From the NCBI GenBank assembly GCA_964016885.1, contig OZ024742.1, positions 293,446,001 to 293,510,000 of the forward strand: a DNA stretch of 64,000 nucleotides, in the 5' to 3' direction. Position numbers and translations under genes: made by a program. The notes beneath the pieces were generated by a model that ran no database searches, was not told where the DNA came from, and worked only from the letters and a program-made list of their open reading frames with translations. This DNA comes from Eledone cirrhosa (lineage: Eukaryota). How positions within the stretch are numbered: the first letter of the stretch is position 1; the number at the start of each line of letters is the position of its first letter. Shown here piece by piece: positions 53,324 through 64,000 of this stretch.

Positions 53324-53769
53324 CACGATAAATTAACGGAGGCATAGGCCGTCGTTATTCCCTGTAAATAATGTGCTCAAAGGGGAAGAGATCCTGAGCC
53401 CTTTAAAATATAATATGTTGAGAAGGTAACACACCAGAGAGAGATATATAGTGCGTTATCAATAATACAGGGAAAAAAACCACCAGTGTATGGAATCTAT
53501 AACCTATGAAAGGCAGACTATAGACACGATAATTAAAAATATAAATTAAAGCGTAAATAAATACCTTTATAACTATATAACACGCACGTTTGTTATATAG
53601 TTATAAAGGTATTTATTTACACTTTAATTTATATTTTTAATTATCGTGTCTATAGTCTGCCTTTCATAGGTTATAGATTCCATACACTGGTGGTTTTTTT
53701 CCCTGTATTATTGATAACGCACTATATATCTCTCTCTGGTGTGTTACCTTCTCAACATATTATATTTTA
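53324..53769. mobile_element. fold-back element in (TA)n (family H4)
   Basis: Arms 53405-53582 and 53591-53768 are near-perfect, with an 8-nt loop and an ~80-nt one-sided tail. No hammerhead core found. Confidence 0.65.
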
Positions 53770-54434
<665 letters not shown>

Positions 54435-55021
54435 GGTGGCTGCCAACTCGTTTTCGAGTACGGCCACTACTCTATATCCATGTAGGAGAACCCCTACCGA
54501 TGCACTGAACAAGTGTGACTTTTTCGTCCAGCCAGCGACTTGAAAACTCTGGTACAAACACTACACTTGTGACAATTATTGGCACATAGTGCTGGGCCCA
54601 TGGTATCATGTGACGACAAGTGCAGAGAGATCTCCAGATATAAAGCAATACCTGTGCCGTGAAGCTTTTATAGTGAGCAAAGGCACTGCACAAAGCCAGT
54701 CCCACTCTCTTAACCAAGATGATATTTACCAAAAAGAAGAACAAGTCAACATCATTGGATACCATCAGGGTTGCAGGTGTTATATCAGAGTTTTCCTTCT
54801 CTGCCTTGACAAAGGCTAAGGGGTCATCAAAGGCTAAGGGGTCATTGACTCTTAAGAACTACTTTGCCCTTTGACAGGTTTTGTTTTTAGTCCTGCAGGA
54901 TGTCCAAACTCACCCTCCTCACCAAGAAACCTTGGTGGGGTTGCCAGTTTAGTCGCCAACGACCCGACCATGAGACAGGTTGTACTGGGATACATGTTAC
55001 CAGTAGCACCAACTGGTGACC
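54435..55021 (-). mobile_element. short internally deleted RTE-like element with a candidate 5' HDV-like ribozyme
   Basis: RTE-5'UTR-like gagaaggaaaactctg motif; 3' stem-loop terminus also seen at 55157-55200; microsatellite on both sides. Confidence 0.5.
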
Positions 55022-55262
55022 TGATATATACATACATACAAACACATATACATATATGCATATATATATATATATATAAATATATATATATATACATACA
55101 TACATACATACACACATATATACCTACGTACATATATACATACATACAAATATATATGATGGCTGCCCTCTCGTTATCGAGTATGGCCATTGCACGAGGA
55201 GAAAAAAAAAATTAAATAAAATAAAAAATTTAAAAAAATTAATAAATAAATAAAAAAGAAAA

Positions 55263-55309
<47 letters not shown>

Positions 55310-55480
55310 TATATATACATACACATATACATACACATACACACACACATATATACACACACATACATTAATAACAATAATAATAACAATAATAATAACG
55401 ACAACAACAATAATAATATACATATACATATATATATACACATACATGCACACACATAAACATATCTATACACACACACA

Positions 55481-55851
55481 CGATAGCAATTAACAGTGCT
55501 GCGATCGAATGTGGCATTTTAGCCCAGCCAATGATCTAAAGCGGGATGTGAGGAATGGCATTGCTGTTGCACTTCCAGACGGCGAGGGTCCTCCTATGGT
55601 GCTGACATGCAGCGTCTGTGCGAGACTCTGCCTAAGCAAAGCTGAAGTCGAAAGTCATCTTCGCAGTCATAAAGTAAGACCAGTGGTTGACTACCAGGCT
55701 GCTGTTGGAGATGCTACTCATCATGCTTGCCAAGCATGTGGTAGAGAATGTAAATCAGCAGGAGGGCTCAAACGACATGCAAAAGTACATGAACTCCAAC
55801 CACAGCCGACTATTCCCAGTGAATGTTTTCGTTGCCGACTCTGTGCAAGAC
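55481..55851 (+). mobile_element. fragment encoding tandem C2H2 zinc fingers, probably a LINE ORF C-terminus
   Basis: [42 protein letters not shown], then CRLC; cut by microsatellites at both ends. Confidence 0.55.
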
Positions 55852-56067
55852 ATATATATATATATACATATATATATACATATATATATATATACATATA
55901 TATATACATATATATATATATACATATATATATACATATATATATACATATATATATATATACATATATATATACATATATATATATATATACACATATA
56001 CATATATATATACATATATATATATATACACATATACATATATATATACATATATATATATATATAC

Positions 56068-56102
<35 letters not shown>

Positions 56103-56103
56103 C

Positions 56104-56138
<35 letters not shown>

Positions 56139-56139
56139 C

Positions 56140-56172
<33 letters not shown>

Positions 56173-56808
56173 CATATATATATACATACATATATATATA
56201 CATATATATATACATGTATATACATATATATATACATACATATATATATACATATATATATACATGTATATACATATATATATACATACATATATATATA
56301 CATGTATATACATATATATATACATATATATATATACATATATATATACATACATATATACATATATATATACATATATATATACATACATATATACATA
56401 CATATATACATATATATATACATATATATATACATACATATATACATATATATATACATACAAATATATACACATATATATATACATACATATATATACA
56501 CATATATATATACATACATATATATACACATACATATATATATACATATATATACATATATATACATATATATATACATATATATATACATACATATAAA
56601 TACACATATATACATACATATATATATACACATATATACATACATATATATATACATACATATATATATACATACATATATATACACATATATACACATA
56701 TATATATATACATACATATATATATACATATATATATATCCATATATACATACATATATATATATCCATATATACATACATATATATATATCCATATATA
56801 CATACATA

Positions 56809-56840
<32 letters not shown>

Positions 56841-56909
56841 CATATATATACATACATACATACATATATATACATACATACATATATATACATACATACA
56901 TACATATAT

Positions 56910-56952
<43 letters not shown>

Positions 56953-57204
56953 CATACATATATATATACATACATATATATATATATACATACATATATA
57001 TATATACATACATATATATATATACATACATATATATATATACATACATACATATATATATATACATACATATATATATATACATACATACATATATATA
57101 TATACATACATACATATATATATACATACATATATATATATACATACATACATACATACATATATATATACATACATATATATATATATACATACATATA
57201 TATA

Positions 57205-57240
<36 letters not shown>

Positions 57241-57338
57241 TACATACATATATATATATATATACATACATATATATATATATACATACATATATATATA
57301 TATATACATACATATATATAAATACATACATATATATA

Positions 57339-57379
<41 letters not shown>

Positions 57380-57476
57380 ATATATACATACATATATATA
57401 TACATACATACATATACATACATACATATATATATACATACATACATATATATATATATACATACATATATATATA

Positions 57477-57535
<59 letters not shown>

Positions 57536-57610
57536 ATATATACATACGTGGGAAAGTATATATGTATGTATGTATATATATATATATACACATCAGCATA
57601 TATATATATA
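55851..57610. repeat. 1.75-kb compound (TA)n/(TACA)n microsatellite
   Basis: Seen directly. Confidence 0.98.
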
Positions 57611-57897
57611 CGTCAGCATGACTTGGCAAGCTATTTAGAACACTGGTTGACAACTTTACTTCGCTCTGAAGAAGAGATATTATCTCGAAAATTAAGGACA
57701 TTTAAATAAATCTAAGGTAAAAGACTAATTGTCAACAATATCTTTTGCATTTGCATTCTGTATCCTATGTCCATACCTGCATTCTTTTGGCTTTATTATA
57801 CATATACAAACGTTTATATATATATATATATATATACATACATACATATATATATATATATACATACATACATACATATATATATATATATACATAC

Positions 57898-57981
<84 letters not shown>

Positions 57982-57992
57982 TATATATATAT

Positions 57993-60606
57993 AATATATA
58001 AGTTCAAAAGATGGTTAAAAGAGTTCCATGTATTTTATATTGCGCATTTCAAAAACAAATATCATCATGCAATAACATTTGTGTTTTCATCAGATAAAAT
58101 AGGAAGACATGATATGAAGGTTAAAAAACACTTGTGGATAGTGCAGTTTTAAATCAACATATATGAAAAGTAGTTTTTGATTGATGTGTGATATTGGGTA
58201 GAAAAAATTTTTTGAGGGGGGGGGGGGGGGATGAAAAAGAGGAGATGAGAGTAAAAAGTGGAGGGGGGGGGGGGTATAATGAGGAAGGATAAGATAGGAG
58301 GAGAGATGGGTGATAGAGAGAGAGAGATAGCTTTTATAACTGAGAAAAATATATTGTTTTACATAGAGAGGTTGAAAAACCGTTGGAAGATAATGTATAA
58401 ATTAAAAGAATTTGAAAATTAACGAAGAGAAAAATAATGTAAAATTAAGGTTTGTATATTGAAGGGTTTAATAATATGTGCGATGAAAAGAAATTGTTAA
58501 TATGTGTTAAGAATAATATTTAAGGGTTTAATATTATGTGCGATGGAAAGAAAATGTTAATATGTATTAAGAATAATATTTAAGGGTTTAATAATATGTG
58601 CGATGGAAAGAAAATGTTGATATGTATTATTAAAAATACCAAAGGTATAGCCGGCTATCCTGATAAAATCAAATATAGTAAAGAAACAAATTCTAGAAGA
58701 TCTTACAGTAGAATAATTAATCATGATCATTCCAATAACTTTAATAAAAGACCTAGATACAAAAACATAATCTGGTATAATGCTCCTTTCTCCATCTCTA
58801 TTAATAACAATATTCCTAAATTATTCTTTAGTGCCTTAAATAAATGCTTCCCTCCCTCACATATCTATAGTAAAATATTTAACAAACACACTATAAAATT
58901 TTCCTATTCGACATCCTCCAACATTTCCAACATTATCTCTAAACACAACAATAAAATACTAAATACTAAATCTCTTCCTTCCAACACTGAATATCATAAT
59001 AATAGTAATAGTACTCCCGACGTCATTGTAAACTCAAGGCTAATTTCTGCAAACCCAAATACAACGTCAAACACAACTTCGCTAAATGTTCTTAATCCCA
59101 TTCTAAATCAAGAAACTATTATTCCTATCGCAAATAACTTCTCCAATCCAATTCCTTCTATAGATAACACTAGGTCACTCGTTAATAATCTCTCTAATCG
59201 CAATTGCCCTGTTAAAAATAAATGTCCTCTCAACAACCATTGTCTTGATAAAAACTTAATCTACGAATGTAAAGTTATAACTGACACCAATTCCTTGACC
59301 TATTTTGGCTGCACTTCCACCTCCTTTAAAGCTCGTCTTTATAATCATCATTCGTCTTTTAAATACCAACTTAAAAGAACCAACACGGCTCTCTCAGAAC
59401 TCATATGGTCCTTGAAAGACAAAAATATTAAATATAACATCTCTTGGAAAAAGGTTTCTTCTGCTTCTCCATACTTGAACAGTTCTCTATCCAAGACTTG
59501 CAATCTCTGTCTAAATGAAAAATTTACCATTATATCTAATTTAGATTCTATAATAAATAGACGCACTGACTTGTTTTCTCTCTGCTTGCATAAATTCCAC
59601 AGAACATTCCATAAAGTATACAGCTAATATCCAATACTTTATCAATTTAGAATCCTTTTCTCAAAGGCACATATATATATACTTCTTTAAAAATATACCC
59701 ATCTTTATACCTTATTTCAAAGTTATTTATTATACATTATATAATACTTGTTACTCATTCTATATCACTCCTATTTATCACTTCCCCCTCTTCCTTTTCC
59801 TTTACTTTTCTTTTTCTTTTAATTTCTAACCCCTAATCTGTGCCTTTTCTCACTGTGCCTAACATAGAAACAATTATTACACAATACAATATATTCTTAA
59901 TTTATATCACCTTGAAAAAATCCTTCGTAAACATAAACATTTTTTTGACGTTAGATTATTCATCCTCAATTCATTATTTTTTCTCACTTTTCATGCTCAT
60001 CTATTTCATCCTATCTTCTACTTTTTTCACAATATATCCTTACTTACATTACCTTTCCTATTTTTAATAATACATATCAACATTTTCTTTCCATCGCACA
60101 TATTATTAAACCCTTAAATATTATTCTTAATACATATTAACAATTTCTTTTCATCGCACATATTATTAAACCCTTCAATATACAAACCTTAATTTTACAT
60201 TATTTTTCTCTTCGTTAATTTTCAAATTCTTTTAATTTATACATTATCTTCCAACGGTTTTTCAATTTTTCTCAGTTATAAAAGCTATCTCTCTCACTCT
60301 ATCACCCATCTCTCCTCCTATCTCATCCTTCCTCATTATACTCCTCCCCCTCCACTTTTTACTCTCTTCTCCTCTTTTTCATCCTTTCCAACCCCCCCCC
60401 CCCTCTCAAATTTTTTTTCCCCCCAATATCACACATCAATAGCATGATATTTGTTTTTGAAATGCGCATAATAAAATACATGGAACTCTTTTAACCATCT
60501 TTTGATCTTATATATTATGTATACTCTAGTCCTACAAACTGTAGAGTGCTTCTTATCCGATATATGCATTGCTTTATTGTACTACAATAAAACTCACCTC
60601 CTACAT
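57993..60606 (+). mobile_element. Penelope-like element (family H3), 5'-truncated, with inverted upstream pLTR
   Basis: GIY-YIG ORF; inverted arms ~57995-58638 and ~60059-60515; ~90-nt 3' tail; (TA)n flanks. Confidence 0.92.
58639..59627 (+). CDS. Penelope-like RT thumb/linker plus GIY-YIG endonuclease (5'-truncated)
   Basis: IIWYNAPFS, KIFNKHTIKFSYS, CPLNNHC, LIY…YFGCT…FKARLYNH, CNLCLNEK, INRR…CLH. The first ~14 residues of the listed ORF come from the inverted arm. Confidence 0.88.
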
Positions 60607-60656
60607 ATATATATACATATATATACATACATATATATATGTATATATATATATAC

Positions 60657-60687
<31 letters not shown>

Positions 60688-60688
60688 C

Positions 60689-60719
<31 letters not shown>

Positions 60720-60726
60720 CACATAC

Positions 60727-60769
<43 letters not shown>

Positions 60770-60770
60770 C

Positions 60771-60801
<31 letters not shown>

Positions 60802-60856
60802 CACATACATATATATATGTATATATATATATATATATACACATACATATATATAC

Positions 60857-60889
<33 letters not shown>

Positions 60890-60951
60890 TATACACATAC
60901 ATATATATACATATATATATATATACACATACATATATATACATATATATA

Positions 60952-60992
<41 letters not shown>

Positions 60993-61070
60993 ATATATAC
61001 ATATATATATACATATATATACATACATATATATACATATATATACATATATATATATATATACATATAT

Positions 61071-61109
<39 letters not shown>

Positions 61110-61110
61110 C

Positions 61111-61145
<35 letters not shown>

Positions 61146-62440
61146 CATACATATATATATATATATATACATACATATATATATATATATATACATAAAA
61201 TATTAAAAAAATAATGAATAAAACAATGAAACAGTTCCTTATATTAAACAAAAAAAGTTCATTATTTAACGATCGTTTCTAGGATATATATGTGTTAGAA
61301 TTGGCATGCATATTCAACAGATCTATGTACAAAATTATACAAAATTATACAAACTATCAAAATTAAATATACATACCAAACACATATATATGCCGTCTTC
61401 AGAAATAATGAAATATATTTATTGATAATAACAACAATTCAAAATTTCAGGTCCGTTTGGGAACAGAGTTCAAATTGACCAATGAAAATACAAAAAATTT
61501 TATGCAGTTTGGTGTGTGTATATACATGTAATTAACTTCGTACACATATTTACATAAAGATATATGTTCACATGCATACGCATGCCAAAAAGATGTATGC
61601 AAATACAAAAATTCAAGGCTAATGTCTCTGTAAGTCTATAATCCACAGATAAAATGCGTATAGACACATAAATATGAAATAAATGTATAGACACATTCAT
61701 ATACTCACACATATTCGTACACTCACACACACACGCGCGTATATGCATAAACATACACATAACTACGAACATACATATACACACACACCCCCACACACAT
61801 ATATATGTGCATATAGTATTATCATAAGCATATGGACATTAATGCACGCACATAAACACTGCCACACATATTTAGATCAGGATACAGAAATTAGGTGGGA
61901 GGGGGGAGAGGTCAGTATTCAACGGTTTCGGCAGACTGCCTATTTATAGATGTATCTATAAACTTAGAAATAAAAAGAAAAGAAAAAGAAAAAAGAAAAA
62001 AGAAATATATCAAGAAAATATATATATATATATATATATATACATCCACACATACACACACACACACACACATATATATACATATACATATATATATACA
62101 CATATATACACACATACATATATATATACACATAGATATACACATATATACACACACATATATATACATACACATATACATACACACACATATATATATA
62201 TATACAAACAAGTAAAATATAAAGTATACATCGATATACATACATATAGACATATAAATAAATACACACGCATACACACACATACATATACATACATATA
62301 CATACACATATATATAAACACATACATACACATACATATACATACACATACCATATAAATACACATACACATACATAGACGCATACATATAGAGACACAT
62401 ACATATACACATATAAATACATAGACACATACACACATAA

Positions 62441-62499
<59 letters not shown>

Positions 62500-62542
62500 T
62501 ACACACATATACACATACACGCATACATATATATATATATAC

Positions 62543-62583
<41 letters not shown>

Positions 62584-62657
62584 TATATATATATACATAT
62601 ATATATACACTCACAACACTCGTATATATATACACACTCATACATATACACACATAT

Positions 62658-62710
<53 letters not shown>

Positions 62711-62813
62711 TATACAGTCACACCTACATACATATATATATATATATAAATACACTCATATATATACACACATACACATACATACCCACATATAAATATA
62801 TATATATACATAA

Positions 62814-62845
<32 letters not shown>

Positions 62846-62861
62846 ACACATACACATACAC

Positions 62862-62948
<87 letters not shown>

Positions 62949-63410
62949 CATACACATACATACACATATACACACATACATATATACTCACACACACACA
63001 CCTACACATACATACACATACACATATATAAAGATATATATACACACACACACACACACATATAATAAATATATATATATATATATATACATATATATAC
63101 ATATACATACATATATACATACATACATACATATACATACATATATATACACATACATACATACACACATACACACATACATACATACACACACACATAC
63201 ATACACACACATACATACTCATACATAGACATAGATATATACTCACACACACATACGCACTTACATATACGCATATATACAAATACATACACATCCATAT
63301 ATGCGTATATACATACAAACACCACTACACGCTCACACAACTCAGACATACAAAGAAAAAGGTATATACATATACATATATACACATATAAATAGAGATA
63401 CATATACACA

Positions 63411-63446
<36 letters not shown>

Positions 63447-63552
63447 CCCACACACACGTACAACCATAAACACACATACAAACACATACATACACACATA
63501 CATACATATATATACACACACACAAAGACACACATACATATATATATCTATA

Positions 63553-63597
<45 letters not shown>

Positions 63598-63865
63598 ATA
63601 CATACACATACACACACCAATATATATAGACATGCACACACATACATACATACATACATACATACACATACACATACATATATATAAAAAAAAAAAATAA
63701 ATAAAAAAAAAATTAATACACACAGACAAATATGCACACACATACATATATGTATATATATATATACACACACACACATACACACACACATACATATATA
63801 TACACACATACATACACACACACATATATATACATACATATACACACATCAACTACAAATATACA

Positions 63866-63898
<33 letters not shown>

Positions 63899-64000
63899 TA
63901 TACATATTTTCACATATATATATATATATACATATATTATATTATAATAATAAATAATACATATATATATATATATATATATAGACATACATATATATAC
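60607..64000. repeat. compound TA/CA/TACA microsatellite field with short unique islands
   Basis: Seen directly. Confidence 0.95.

Noticed and set aside
53581-53592. Hairpin loop read as a hammerhead stem III remnant (aaacgtgcgtg on minus)
   Set aside because: No GAAA or CUGANGA, and the site would be NUG; too short to support.
61385-61945. Half-hammerhead motifs on the minus strand (CTGAAGAcggc at ~61400; ggcagtctgccGAAAccgTT at ~61930)
   Set aside because: Each lacks the other half of the core; at most PLE debris.

Overview
AT-rich animal genomic DNA, most likely a coleoid cephalopod such as an octopus (inferred from the SINE, RTE and (TA)n landscape). The only host gene I can support is alpha-catulin (CTNNAL1-like) on the minus strand: four consecutive phase-0 GT-AG exons at 27084-26998, 21658-21500, 7477-7385 and 1073-888, separated by long introns. 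The rest is repeat-derived: RTE-clade LINEs of two subfamilies with a PHD finger inside the RT, CR1/L2 fragments, tRNA-derived SINEs, TTAA piggyBac-type MITEs, a 25-bp minisatellite, an 87-bp satellite and very long (TA)n/(TACA)n tracts. The most notable signal is a set of ribozyme-bearing retroelements sitting in (TA)n. Five fold-back elements from four sequence families share one layout, (TA)n-tail-arm-inverted arm-(TA)n. Four of them carry type I hammerhead cores in their arms, and one retains a Penelope-like GIY-YIG ORF. A separate ~590-bp RTE-derived element begins at a candidate HDV-like ribozyme. All ribozyme calls were folded by eye and are untested.
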